From the NCBI GenBank assembly GCA_964270895.1, contig OZ185445.1: a stretch of 64,000 nucleotides of DNA. One strand, given 5' to 3'. This document shows, one piece after another, positions 25,606 to 38,405 of the stretch (the first letter of the stretch is position 1; each line of letters opens with the position of its first letter). This stretch comes from Podarcis filfolensis. Lineage: Eukaryota. A program made the position numbers and the translations under genes. Below the pieces are notes generated by a model that worked only from the letters and a program-made list of their open reading frames with translations, did no database searches and was not told where the DNA came from.

Positions 25606-25855
25606 CAGTCGTACCTTGGAAGTCAAATGGAATCTGTTCCGGAAGTCCATTTGACTTCCAAAATGTTTGGAAACCAAAGTGTGGCTTTTCATTGGCTGCA
25701 GGAAGCTCCTGCAGCCAATCTGAAGCCGCTGAAGCCCCATCGGACGTTTGGGTTCCAAAGAACGTTTGCAAACCGGAACACTCACTTTTGGATTTGTGGC
25801 GTTCGGGAGCCAAAATGTCTGGGTACCAAGGCGTTTGGGATCCAAGGTATGACTG
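25606..25855. mobile_element. Tigger-like MITE, family C
   Basis: TIR cagtc(g/a)taccttgga (14/15); TA on left, TG on right. Explains the stacked ORFs at 25497-25895. Confidence 0.85.
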
Positions 25856-26699
25856 TGCTCTGATTAGGACCTCCATGGCTAGTCTTAAAGCCTGAGTTGG
25901 CTCTTATAGGTGTGAGCTGTCTTTCAAATGATCTGCTTGGTCCATTTAGGGTTTTAGATAGAGAGCACTTTAAACTGGCCTTGGAACACACTTTCAGTCA
26001 GTGCAGCTGGTACAGAACCAGTGTTTATATGCTCTGATTTCTTGCACACACACCCCTCCAAGCAATTGGGAAGCTTCTTTATGCATTTCCAAGCAGTCTC
26101 CAAAGGTCACCTTCAAAGATGAACCTTCTAAAGGAAATGCATAGACCTGCTATTATCTCATTTGTCTGATCACGTCTTTCCAAGCCTTATTATTTTATTT
26201 ATTATACCACCCTTCATCCAAGGATCGCAGGGCGGTTTACAGTATCAAAACATAGCTTAATAAAAAACAAAAGGAAAATGATAGTTTGACAATGCCGGAA
26301 AATTTGTTTTGGCTTCTGTTTAAAGAAATGTTTCCAATAGTAGCATCTGACAGTACTGCAGATTGGTAACGAGAAAGTATATGTGGTATTAGCATTCATA
26401 GTTGTGCCTTCATGTTCTGTCTTTCCCCTTATCTTAGTCAGGGATCATTGTGTCAGACCAGCAGTTTCTTTCCCATTAGCTTTGCAGTTTGCTTTCTTGT
26501 GGCTGGTTTATTCTAATTTCTGGCGCATATTTTTATATAGAGAGTTCAGAGAATACAACTTAAGCACTGCCCCTCTGCAAGCAAGTGCTGTGAATGTATT
26601 TCAACATGGCAGGAATGATTCTAAAAAAAGTTCGTTCTGTTCTTAACCACTTTTACTCTAGTGAAAATCTTTCCTAGCCCGTGCTTTCATGGTATTATA

Positions 26700-27000
26700 A
26701 ATGTTCACATTGGCAGTGCATTTTTATTTATTTGGTGAATTTATAGCCTATTTTTCAACAATTGCTCCAAAAGGGGGTTGCGTTTAAAGAAAAAAATAAA
26801 ATGGCAGTAAAGTTTCAGGAATAGCAGTTGTAGATTAAAAACTGACATTCAGCATTTAAACAATACCAGAATTATTAAAAGCTTGTCTGAAGAGAAAGGC
26901 CTTAACAATTCATTTGAAGGAGCCAGTCTCTGGGCAGTTGCATCATACTAGCTAACTATTTTAGAGCTTGGGGGCCACCACAAAAAAGGACTTCTTTTGA
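26700..27000 (-). mobile_element. Degenerate L2-like 3' fragment
   Basis: tttattta tail and ...agagcttgggggccaccacaaaaaagg motif in reverse; resemblance only. Confidence 0.4.
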
Positions 27001-28238
27001 TCAGTTTTGTAATACAAATGTAAGTCTTGTATAAAAGAAATATACATACATGTTTATTTACTGTCAACAGAAGGTTAACCATGAGACAAGCTTAAAAAAT
27101 ACAGGAAAGTAGTTTGATACTAACAATAGATGATTAATCTAAGATTAGTGTTTTGTAAGTATGCTAGCAGTCTTTGTGGTTGTCCATGTTGATAGTAGAT
27201 GTGCGATTTTAGAAAACTTTAAATATGCAAAGATAAAGCATAGCAGACATCTAGACTGCATTTCTTTTTCTGTGCAAAAGTGTGTGACTCTTTAGAAGCA
27301 CTTTGCCAGTAGAAAAAGTACATTTCCCTTTATTTTTTTGCTTCCCTTTATTATTCTCTATTTGTGTAATTTCATTGATGGTTTTTTCTTTTTATTATGG
27401 ACATCTGGAGGTGTAATATCTCATGGGGATCTTGCTGCCTTGTTAATCATTATTGTGCTCTTTGTTAAATGGAGCATTTCCTGAATATTTCCTGCTGGGA
27501 AAATGGAGTAGCTTTAGCATAAGACATGGCAGGATACTCTGACTAGCTGAGCAGTCTACTACATTATCCATAACCATTTAAATGCTTTCTGTGCACTCTG
27601 GAATTCTCTGGAGGAAGGAAGTCTACAGATTTACAGCGTTCCAGTAGGTGGGAGGCATGCTTTCAAAAGCAATGTTTGTTTCATCTCCATGAATGAAACA
27701 TGCATTGAATTTCAGTATGTATGTTTTGAAATGGGTAAGTAGAGATGGAAACTACTGCACACACAAAGACGTACAGTAGTCATCCTGAAAAGAGCATTAT
27801 GTGAGAAATGAGAAGACTGGTTAAAAGACTGTTCAGGGGCAATGTCGTATTCCTGTTACATGGATATGCAAAGCTGTTAAAATGTTAAGAGCTGATACAA
27901 CTTGTTGAAAAGATTGCAGGTGGATGGCATCTGGGATGTTTAATTTCTTTGGGAGGTTAATTAACTTTATGCTTCGGGATGGTAATGGTATAGACATTAT
28001 AGGTCCAAACTAGTCAAAATTAAGCATTTTATGTCCACACCATTGCTACCTCTGAAGTGTGAAGTTGCTTAACTTCTGGAAGTCCCAGTTTCAGGTGGGG
28101 AGTGAAATAATCTAAAATAGAGAATAAAAACAGATGGGACTCTGCTGTTAACCTCTCGTGGGTTATATACATATTTTGTCAAGGTAATCAATTAAGAAAA
28201 GTCACTTAATTATTGTAAGTGGTGGGGATGTGTCTATA

Positions 28239-28453
28239 CAGTGGTACCTCAGGTTAAGAGCTTAATTCGTTCCAGAGATCCGTTCTTAACCTGAAACCAT
28301 TCTTAACCTGAGGTACCACTTTAGCTAATGGGGCCTCCCGCTGCCGCCGCACGATTTCTGTTCTCATCCTGAAGCAAAGTTCTTAACCCAAGGTACTAGT
28401 TCTGGGTTAGTGGAGTCTGTAACCTGAAGCATCTGTACCCCGAGGTACCACTG
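28239..28453 (+). mobile_element. Tc1/mariner-pogo MITE, family A copy 3
   Basis: TIR cagtggtacctc / gaggtaccactg; TA TSD on both sides. Confidence 0.9.
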
Positions 28454-31045
28454 TACTGAAATTCTTCACAGTAAATAAATGATGGCTTTCTGGTTTAGCT
28501 ATTCAGTGCTGGATGCTGGGCATGTTTCAAGTGCCAAGAATGGAGTTTAAATTGAGACATTGGATGTTTGTTAAATCATTTGTTGACTTGGTCCAGAAGC
28601 ACAGAATGAAATCTGTAGTAGTAAACTGATACTGTACTTATGTCCTGTAATGCTGGGACTCTTGTTATAAGTGGAATTGAGTGTGATGTGCCACTCATAT
28701 TCCATTGTCTTAATGTTCTACATGTCTTTGGGTGTTGCTGGAGTGCTTAATCCTCAAATAAATTCTCATTTTCAGTATGTGTGCGTGTTGACACAATCTA
28801 CAAGACAATTCCCTCGCTTTAAGACAAAGTATGTATTTTTCAAACAAGCGAAAGTCCAAGCAGTTCACCTATTGCCTACAATTAAGACAGTCACAGAAAT
28901 TCCCCTTTTCTAGAAGGGTCATATATGGTTTTAGAAGCTTACCTAAGTAAATCCTGTCCCATGACACAGGGGATACATGCTTCACTAACCCATCACCCTC
29001 CTGTTTTAAGCCGTCTTCATGCCAGGTTCAACAAAATATTGATGAGCTTCAAATGTTTAAATAGGTAGAATAGGAAGCACACAGGAGTTCTATGCAATCT
29101 GTTTGTGCACTTTATATGTAATAGTCAAAAAATGTTTGTGAATTTTCGATTGGGCACATAGGCTGCTTTTCTGTCAATTGTTTAGAATCTAAGGAAATAA
29201 GAGGATGACATGTAAAAAAATTCCCATAGAAGAAACATCTAAAGCCACTCGTTGAGTCAGTCCAGCCAAATCTGTAGTGTTTTACCTCGCCTGCTCCTCC
29301 ACTCATCTGCAGCAAATGTTTAGTTTTTTTTATCAATCTATCAACCAACAGCTTAAGATGTGGAAAAACACAATTCTGCAAAGTAGGAATAAATGCAAAT
29401 TGGTCCAAGCTAAACTTTGACGATGGAAAGGAAATGTGCAGCCGCTATAAAAGTGAGGTTGACTTCTAATAGGTCAAAACATTTCCCCAGCCTTTCTACT
29501 TGACCTTTTTTTCTGTCTCCCCTACTTATTTGCTGTCTTCCTGTGGAGCATCTATTCTAACCCAAAGCAAAGCTTCCGTATCAAGATGCACACATAATGC
29601 ACCTAAGCAACCGTGTAATCTTGTTGTTGTATCCTTTATCCTCACTTGTTCCCATTTTATTCTATTGTTCCTCAGTTTTCATTTCTAGACTGAAAGCTCT
29701 CTCTAAACAGTGCTTCCCTTAGTTGTTCAGCATAGTGCCCAAAATACTTGAGGCAATTCATAAATAATAAACAGAAATCTCTTGATGAAACTTGACCTTG
29801 CTGAGATCTGGGTGTGTTTTTTTAACACTTCTGCATTTTATGTTTGTCAGTATGTTACTTTTAAATTTAGGATATCATTAATCACCCACACATTCTCCAT
29901 GTTCACTTTTCCATATTCGCAGTATTAGCTTACAAGACAAATAGTGCTATGATTCTGATCAGCAGGCATATAATTATCAAATGTTTAATGTAAAACTGTG
30001 ATGCTATTCATCACAGTCTTAAAAACGTTGAACATTTCTTGGACCACAAAGTGGTGGCAGGTAGAGGCAGAGTTTGGCATAACCAGTTGGCAATTACTGA
30101 CATCGTTTTCTATTGAGATCTAATCCACCTTTGGAAATTGCTAAATTACTGGCTCAGCATGTTCCTTGGGGCAAGGTGTTTCATAGCTCAACTTTCTTCA
30201 AGCTAAATATTAATATTTGCTCTGGAGGCATTGCGATAGCCTACCACACTTCAGGCAGAATATACCCCAGAGGCGTGAGACCTTCCTTCTCCTGCTGAAC
30301 TTCTCTGTCTCCTGGCCATGACTTCTCAGCATGTAAGAGTTGCTTGTGCTGGCAGTGGTCCAACCAAAAGGCTATATGACATGGCTAGGGGATGGAACTG
30401 GCAAATGGGAAACCCTGGGCAGACTGTGGTATTGAGGCCCCCTGAAAGTGTCCCATGGTGCATTGGTGGGTCCTAGCACACTGTTTGAGGAACACTGTTC
30501 AAGTTCATTGAAATTAGAACTACTATTTATTTATTTAATATTCACATTTATTTATATGCCGTTTGTTCTATAGCTGGAAGGTCAGACTGTGTGTTTCTGC
30601 TAGCAAACTTTGCACTTGCTCTAAATGTTATGGAAAAAGTGGACTTTACTTAATTCTTGGTAAAAGAATATTGTGTATGATACTCAGCACTGAATACTGC
30701 CTTCTCTGAAGTAGAGGAAGAAAAGCTAGGTAATGGCTAAATACACCTAAGCTTTCTGAGTCCTGTCACTTGAAGGCATTAGGGAGTTTGATAAACTACT
30801 TTTGATAGCATCACCTCTAGCATTCACAGTTCATGTTACAAAGAATATGTACCATACTTGTGAGAATTGTTGCATGGAGTTGTGAAGATGGTGGAGGGGA
30901 GAGGGTCAACAAAGTTTACAATACCTTTTCTGAGTTGAGCTAGAGCTTGTGAAACTCCTAATGTGCGAAAAAGCTTTAGCAAGTATTTGCTGAGAACTAA
31001 TGCTGTAATGTGTTAGTCACCCATTATCTGTTTCTATTTTTGCAG

Positions 31046-31479
31046 GTCCTGAATGACGAGCGACATGGGTTTCTGCAGTGCCACTTGGAGTCTCTTGCAC
31101 TGTGGAATGGATTGATTTTTTTTCCAAAATGGAGATTTTACAGTAGGCTGGAATAAAGCACCACGGCTGTGAATTCTGCTTCTGCTCTGTCACTGGACAT
31201 AGCAAAGGAAAGACTCTCTCCCCTGCCCTCCTCCCTTTCCTACTTCCCCCCCCCTGCTTCCAATGAAGAAAGCACAGTATCATCTCACCTTACTGATTTA
31301 GAGCACACCACCGTCCAGGACAGATGGTCTGTCAAAAGCTGTAGGATGCCTGTGGAGAACATCATAATGAAGTAGCAAACTGATAGCAGTGCTGCTGCTT
31401 AATTGTCAGGATCACAGCCGACAGAGCTGCACTGCCCTTTCCCTGCTTCCTTAATCGGGTCAGGAACAGCAGGGTGAAC
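31046..31479 (+). other. PAM: 5' UTR portion of the first coding exon of PAM
   Basis: Acceptor tttctatttttgcag|gtcctgaatg at 31045/31046, continuous to the ATG at 31480. The acceptor is inferred from splice consensus and my recollection of how the mammalian exon begins (unverified), not from transcript data. Confidence 0.7.
31053..31375 (+). promoter_or_regulatory. Cluster of five upstream ORFs in the PAM leader
   Basis: 31053-31115 MTSDMGFCSATWSLLHCGMD*; 31129-31146 MEILQ*; 31263-31301 MKKAQYHLTLLI*; 31324-31344 MVCQKL*; 31346-31375 MPVENIIMK*. Presence is read from the sequence; function is not shown. Confidence 0.6.
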
Positions 31480-31571
31480 ATGGCTGGCCTCGTTAACAAC
31501 TTGCTAATATTGTTCCTTATTTTTCAAAACAGCTGTTTGGCTTTCAGAAGCCCACTTTCTGTCTTTAAGAG
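31480..31571 (+). CDS. PAM: PAM coding exon 1: signal peptide and pro-peptide (MAGLV...FRSPLSVFKR)
   Basis: Strong Kozak aacATGG; hydrophobic signal peptide ending SCLA; pro-peptide FRSPLSVFKR with dibasic KR convertase site; donor AG|gtgggt, phase 2. Confidence 0.97.
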
Positions 31572-32846
31572 GTGGGTTGTTTATCAGTGTGTGCTGCTTA
31601 GTGTTGCCGTCTGCTTTTCCTTGATTTGTGTTGTGGCTTTAAAAGTGAAGCTTCCAGCAAAGTAAACAAAAACATTCTAAAAATATAACTGGCGTATTTT
31701 TTATTTATTTTTTAATGTGATTATAATTGGTTTTGGTTAATACTGAAATATTCAGTGCGTTACATCATCGTTCTTATACTGTTTTGCAATAACTTTTTTG
31801 TCTAAATTCAATGTGAGCTTGACAGGCTCTGTAGTAAGTAAGTAACTTTTTTATATACAATGTCCTTCCCATTAGTCCTTTGAAATCTCTTTTTAAAGTG
31901 CATCAGGTAACTTATCAGTTGTTTGATTAGCCTTCTGGAAGATGTCTCCTTGCATTTATGGATACCTTCTTAAGCGGAAGTCTGCTTTATTTGCTCACAA
32001 GACAATATGGTTGTATGTACAGCATAGTCCCCGTAATTGCCACATCAAATATTTATCCATGGATATATTTAGTATTCACATTGCATCAAAGGCTGCTTAT
32101 ATCTAGCTGTCCTGAAACTAGCAGGCATGTCTAGGGTTCCCCCACTATATTTTATAGGAGGTTTTTTTCTGGATTCTCCTCCTATACAAATAATAGGGAA
32201 CAAAATTTTCCGTGACTTCTTTGGTATCCATACAAAAGATGCAAATACGTGTGATTAGACAATTGTTTTCAATCACAGTTCAAGAAGAGAAATGCAGGAA
32301 GTTCTTCCCCCAGGCTTATTCAGCTATGCATTGGGAGTTCTGCTGTATATTTGCATATTGAGGATTTCCCCATCTATTAATTCATTCCATAGTTTGCATG
32401 TTACAACTAACTGAAGCAATCATGAAGTGTTATCTATGAAGTGACTTCTTGGTAGTCTCCTTGTAAAGAGATCTGCATGGGCTTTTTTGTTGTAAATTGG
32501 GGGGGGGGCTGCAAACTTCCTTGGATACATGTGTGAATTGGCATGTTAGTTTGGATGCTTAGTTGGCTGAAACATATCCAAGAACTTGTTTCATCAATAC
32601 AACTTTCCTTCCTATCAGTACATGGTAAACTTGGGACATGTTAGCCACCATTTGACCTGGTGTATGAAATGATTGTTAATATTTTGCCAGTTCTTAATAT
32701 TTCAAACTGTATTATGTAATCCACACATGGATTTCTCAAATTATTCTAGCTGCAGCGAAAGTTATTGGAGCACCTGTATGAGTTATACAAGTTGTGAAAT
32801 GCATTTAAATAAAAGGTACATATTTAATATTTCTTTTTAATTTTAG

Positions 32847-32967
32847 GTATAAAGATTCTGCCAAGTCACATTCTAATGAATGCCTGGGCAGCAACAGGCA
32901 GCTGGTTCCTCTAAGTTTATCAGATTTTGCATTGGACATTCGCATGCCGGGGGTAACTCCTAAGCAG
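32847..32967 (+). CDS. PAM: PAM coding exon 2 (YKDSAK...DIRMPGVTPKQ)
   Basis: ttttag|G acceptor, CAG|gtgaga donor, 121 nt; PHM motifs SNECLG and DFALDIRMPGVTPKQ. Confidence 0.97.
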
Positions 32968-33608
32968 GTGAGAACAGAAGTCCGTATGTGGATCAGCTTA
33001 TAGCTTTGCTTGTAGTAATAGGAACAAAGGTAGTCATGTCACTTTATTAACAGGTGGAGATTTACAATCGGTACATCTGTCTTGTGATGACTTCAGAATG
33101 ACCCTGAGTTAAGAGTCCATGGAGAGCTGGATTGTCCTGCTTGTTCTCGCTGTTGCTTAGAATGCTTGATGGCTTCTCAGATGACCATATGCTAGACCCC
33201 TGTGGAATAAATGCTTTCCTGTGATTCTCACTAACAGAATCTGTAAAGAACCAGTGACTGTTTCGACATAATATTAATATGAATTGTCCGGTAAAGACTT
33301 GTTAGAATTGGAGCAATGTCAACTTCATGCAGATTCGTTTTTGTGGTATCCTATCCTTAGGTTTTACACAAGTGTAGAACAACCTAAGAATGTTCTAGAA
33401 GTCTAGTCAGGCCTAAACTAGCTAGAGGCAATCAGATTAAAATAAGTTGATTTTTAAAAGGTAGATCTGAAATGATTTTAGTTGCATAAACTAAATTAGT
33501 TGTGCGGAATTTTTCCTTTCGTTCTTTGTAGAACAGTCTAAAGCTGGAGTGGCTAAACCAGTTACCATGGGTGTCTGTGCACTTGCCAGTATCTCCCATG
33601 GTGCTTAA

Positions 33609-33757
33609 AACGTCCCTGTACAGGGCCGCCTTCAGATGTCTTTTAAAAATCACATAGCTTTTTATTTGTTTGACTGCGAGGGCATTCCACAGGGCAGGTG
33701 CTACTACCGAAAAGGCCCTCCACCTGGTTCTCTGTAACTTCATCTCTTGCAGTGAGG
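33609..33757 (-). mobile_element. L2-like LINE 3' fragment
   Basis: Minus-strand translation RTRWRAFSVVAPALWNAL...FKRHLKAALY is the L2 ORF2 terminal motif (RAFS..AP.LWN.LP...FK..LKT.L). Confidence 0.75.
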
Positions 33758-33765
33758 ATAATATA

Positions 33766-34080
33766 CAGTGGTGCCCCGCAAGACGAATGCCTCGCAAAAC
33801 GAAAAACGCGCAAGACGAAAGGGTTTTTCGGTTTTTGCGTCGCTTCGCTAGACGATTTTCCCTATGGGCTTGCTTCGCAAGACGAAACGTCTTGCGAGTT
33901 CTTGCGAGTTTGTTTCCTTTTTCTTAAAGCCGCTAAGCCGTTAATAGCCGCTAAGCCGTTAATAGCCGCTAAGCCGCTAATAGCCGCTAAGCCGCTAATA
34001 GCCGTGCTTCGCAAGACGAAAAAACCGCAAGACGAAGAGACTCGCGGAACGGATTAATTTCGTCTTGCGAGGCACCACTG
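33766..34080. mobile_element. Tigger-like MITE, family D, with internal 18-bp tandem repeat
   Basis: 22-bp TIR cagtggtgcc(c/t)cgcaagacgaa (21/22); TA TSD on both sides; CpG-rich, so apparently young. Confidence 0.92.
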
Positions 34081-34087
34081 TATTAGG

Positions 34088-34178
34088 GATCTAGTGAAAT
34101 AGGCTTTGATAAAGCTCATGCTATAATAAATATGTTGGTCTTTAAGGCACCACAAGACACTTGGCTGTGTTTTTGCTT
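34088..34178 (+). mobile_element. Penelope-like element 3' tail fragment
   Basis: aaagctcatgctataataaatatgttggtctttaaggcaccacaagac...tgtttttgc resembles the Penelope tail. Confidence 0.6.
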
Positions 34179-37100
34179 ACCAGGTCAGGTTGTTTTAAAC
34201 AGTTCTCTTCTTTCAGTTATGCAGTTTCAGGTGCTTCTCTGCCCTAAACTTATTAGGCACTCTACCCCAAATCCTTGAATCTCTCCTCTACAGTGTTGGC
34301 AAACATCCAGCAGTCAGTCTTGGAGCCTAATAACCATTTAATTGCTAACCCAGAAAGGCCTATATAAGAGTTTGTGTTTTTATGAAAATTCACTGTGAAG
34401 ATGATTAAAAAAAAACCACTTAGAAAAGCTAAATTGCGTATACACAATGGCAATTACATGTACATAATTTCTCTTACTTTGCATATGTTTTCCTAGTCAT
34501 CATGGAGATGGGCAAAAAGCTTTACAGGATTTCAGAGTCCCTGCTAAAAAGAGATTAAATAATGTTTAGATAGAACTGCCAGTCATGAAATTAGTAGCAG
34601 CGTTAAGAGCTTCAGAAGCATTACAAGAATAGGATGTTTTGCAGCCGATGAGATGACTCATTGTTGCAGATAGCACTTGCACAAATAGAAGCTGAAACAA
34701 GTGATTTAGCTATTGGGGAGCATTTCCTGGAACTTATGATTGGAACCATCTGTTTCAATTTCTTGGCTGTAGAGAAAGAACGCTTCAAGTAGGACTCAAG
34801 TAAAAATATTCTGTAAAAAACCTTTTCTGGAAATTAAGCCACACAAATACTTGGAATCTGCAGGTGTAGAAAAATCCATGTGCTGTCCAACTGAAAGTAT
34901 CTATGGTATAGCAGGTGGAGATCCTAGCCACAAGGCTATAAAGTCAAAAAGTATTGTACCATGGAACAGCAGCTTGGAAAGACTGTGATTTAGCTATGTG
35001 TCCATAGTGGCAGCCTCAGAGGCTTAGAATAAATTCCAACGAGACTCTTATGCCTATGTGCAGCTCATTTCAATGAGTTTCCATTAATTTCACATGATAT
35101 CACCCATCATGGTGATCATCTTGCACAATAAGAGAAGTAAAATTATGGGAGCTTTTTCATAAATGTGTTCTCATTCTTGAATAGTTTGCAGCATGCTCAC
35201 ATGCTTGGAGTAGATTGTAATAGCACAGTTCAAATGTCATGTTTCTGATCCTCCAAACCAGCCCTTAGGAACAAATTATTGCTAAATCAAGCTAGCAAAC
35301 AAAGGAGAATGTGCAAACCCTTAGCTTGTGCTCAGTCCTCCAGACCATGTTTTGGAATGTGATATCTGAACTGGGCCAGTGACTTGAACTGCAGCTTCTG
35401 AAAAGTTAAAATAGCAGTAGACTAAAAGCAGATTAAAACCCACATCAACTTTCTTATTGTAGGAGTGGAGAAAAACAGCCGCTGAGAAGCATCTGTGGGA
35501 AGGCAATAGTTTTAACACTTTCATCTCACCTGTGCATGGGATGCTCTAAGTGACTCTCCTATTCTTTTGTTCACAGATCAGTATAACCTGATTCCCAACA
35601 CATGTATGTCCTAACGTTTCTTTCATGCTAGGATTAATGTGCGTGGAAACCTTTGTAGCATATAGGCATTCTCAGCACCACACGGCTGTCATAGTTTACA
35701 CGCCCCTTTTTAATAAAAAAAAAGCAGCATCTTGTCGTGGAGGTTTTTCCCTACCTGCTATCATGTTCAGTCTGTCTTTGGTGATGGCATTTGTTAGGTT
35801 AATTATTCTAAAGGAATAAAATAAGACTTCCAGGAATCTACCTTGCGTAAATCGTTTGAGAATAGCAGAGCTCTCTGTGTGGGCAAAAAAATACTTGCAC
35901 TACAGCGTGAAATAATGTAGCATTCATCTGGAATAATTCTAAGCACTGTTGGCAGGGTTCATTGTAGTATGAATACAGATTGCATATGTGCAAAAATCAG
36001 TCCTTGAAAAATTGTTCATCTGGGTTGGCTAATTAGAACAATGGGCTTTTTACATAAAGGCCTGTGATATCGTAAAGAACAAGGGCAGCCTTAAGTAATG
36101 CTTACTGGTAAGAATGGGGAAAAATATATTCTTGCATCAACCTCCTATCGCTAATTGTGCTTCAGATCTTTGCTGTTCAAAGCTCGGCATTTGCATTTTA
36201 CATTTTGAATCTTGCTCAAATGTATAATACAGAGGCTATCTTTTACCCTCTGTACAGAGCTACTCAAAGTGATATCAAGGAAATGGGATGGTGAATAACA
36301 GAAGAACATGCATCACTGGAAAATGAATCCTTTCATAACTATTTAATTTATATGGAGGCAGTACATGAAAATGGCTGCTGTCATTTAAATTGTTCATAAG
36401 CGTGACTTGCTATTCAGGACTTATGAAAAAAAGCAGACTCAACTGGCTGCAGCCTCTAAGTGACAGGATAAATCTGTACAGGATAAATGCTGCCTACTTC
36501 TGCTAAGCCACAAAAATCATGCCCCAATTAATCATCTTTGTCCCCAAACCTGTAACTTCTCATTGACCAAAGATCAATGTAATGATATTTTGCATGGGCA
36601 AGTTGGAATCTAGAGCTCCAAGCCTCCATTACGACCTTTAAAAAAAATATTATTGCAAATTTATCAGCTTTCACGTGCATAAGCAACCATAAGACCAGAA
36701 GCTTTGAACTTGGAAAGGTTTAATCTTTTTATTAGTTTTAATGCATTTAGCATGGGAAAAAATGAATGAACAACACTTTCACACTGAATGCTTGGGAAGG
36801 AAAGTAGGAGAAAGGCAATTTAAGTAGTTCATTATTTTCTTTCAGTGTTTGGAAAGTATTTAGGAACTCATCAGGCAAGTGTGTTAAAGAATAAGGTGGT
36901 TCACTTTGTGTGTTTGCAAGTGCTGCCAAACCATTAGTGTCTGAGCTTGCATATGTTTGCTTGCAGACTAATATATGAAATAATGACAGAAGATTGCAGA
37001 GCAATTGACATTTTCAGTGCTCGTCTATTTTTGTTTATTAATAGAAGTATAGCCATTAGTGTAGATGACTATCAAACACTGACAGCTTGAAAGATAAAGA

Positions 37101-38028
37101 GCAATGGGTCTTGTACAGTCATTAAAGTTATTTCTCTGTGTGAATTATTTACATTGAAGTGATGAAGTCGGCAGAATTAGAGTGCCCTGTATTATTAGGA
37201 AATTATCCCATTATTTGGAGATTTGTAACTTGCTTCAGAATCCTCTGCAGATCCAGAGAGTGGAAATTTTAAAAACTTTTGATTAAATGTCTTGTTTTTG
37301 AGGGGGAAATAGTGCTACACACCGCCCCAATCTCTGAGCGGTGTGAGATTCTAGGTTTCCTCACGCTTGCTTAGGGTTTGTGTTTCCTTTGGAAATGAGG
37401 CACAGTGGAGACCAGCAAGGTGTTCGAGGGCATATATAATATGTTTCATTTTAGTGCTAGTCATTTAAGCAAATCTCAAAGTCCACCATAAGTGTATTTT
37501 TGTTTAATCAATGATCCAGTTTGAATGTAATGATAAACATTGGGTTATAGATACACGCATGTGCCTAAGGTTTGTGTGTTTTTCCTTCTCCTTGCCTCGT
37601 CCAATGCAGCCACAAAGAAGAGATTGGAACTTACCAGTTAATGACTGTCTATTGTTGCACCCCATCCCTGCCTACTCTGTGATTAATCTTAAATATAGAT
37701 GGAGAAAACAAGGGAACTTCATAAACTATGGTTTAAAGTTGGCTTATTTCAACCAGCCACAAGACTTATCACTGTCTGTCTGGGTTCAGACATAACATTT
37801 CACTGTGGTTAGCTTAAAACAGAAATAGAAGCTTCCAAACTCTTCCTCGGGAGTTCAAAACTCTCACTAGAGGGGGAGAGGGCTGTGGTTCCTGAGCTCA
37901 CTGTGATTGGTCTCATAACAATGAACCATGATCTGTCATTGTATCCAGATTGTCCATCACTGGTGGCAAAGAAATTTTAGGAAACTTGCTTAATATGTTA
38001 AATTTCTGGGGGGAAATGGCAAGTGTAT

Positions 38029-38066
38029 CTTGCTGCTTCTGCTGCTTCTGCTGCTGCTTCTGCTGC

Positions 38067-38097
<31 letters not shown>
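38029..38097. repeat. Compound (CTG/CTT)n-(AAT)10 microsatellite
   Basis: Read directly; (AAT)10 at 38068-38097. Confidence 0.95.
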
Positions 38098-38299
38098 CTT
38101 GCACATTTCCCACTTTGTTCAAAGCTTTATTAATTCTTGTGTTCCATGGGGAGTTGAATGGGACTTGACATTATGGTGCAACGGAAAGAGGCAAAGTTGT
38201 AACATATGTAGAAGATAAGCTTGCTGTGGTAATACAGTACCAGAATATAGAACTGGAACCTGCAGAACAAATAAGAACTTCATTCTGGGGAGGCATTGA

Positions 38300-38405
38300 G
38301 ATCCTTTGGCTCTCCACATGTTGTTGAGCTACAACTCCCACCAGCCTTAGCAAGCACAGATGAAGGGAGTTATAGTTTAGCAACATCTGGAGGGCCAAAG
38401 GTTTA
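38300..38405. mobile_element. Degenerate palindromic hAT MITE
   Basis: cctttggctctccacatgttg...caacatctggagggccaaagg inverted arms. Confidence 0.6.

Noticed and set aside
25497-25991. Five overlapping ORFs up to 132 aa on both strands
   Set aside because: They sit on the Tigger-like MITE 25606-25855; stop-poor TE sequence with no transposase motifs.
1-31045. PAM promoter, CpG island or first non-coding exon
   Set aside because: No CpG-rich, repeat-free segment was seen; the promoter is presumably upstream of the window.
31169-31375. 68-aa ORF listed in the track upstream of PAM
   Set aside because: Starts at a GTG in unremarkable context; only its ATG-initiated tail (31346-31375) is counted as a uORF.
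31474-31665. 63-aa ORF as a stand-alone small secreted protein
   Set aside because: It is PAM coding exon 1 read through the donor at 31572 into the intron.
33928-33999. Short direct-repeat array (CRISPR-like?)
   Set aside because: Head-to-tail 18-bp units with no spacers, in a vertebrate intron; a minisatellite.
33432-34057. Overlapping 85-121 aa ORFs including AAKPLI x4
   Set aside because: Read-through of the L2 fragment, the MITE and its 18-bp tandem repeat; not a gene.
38030-38218. Poly-Leu/poly-Ile ORF resembling a signal peptide (also 41414-41635)
   Set aside because: Translation of CTG/CTT and AAT/ATT microsatellites.
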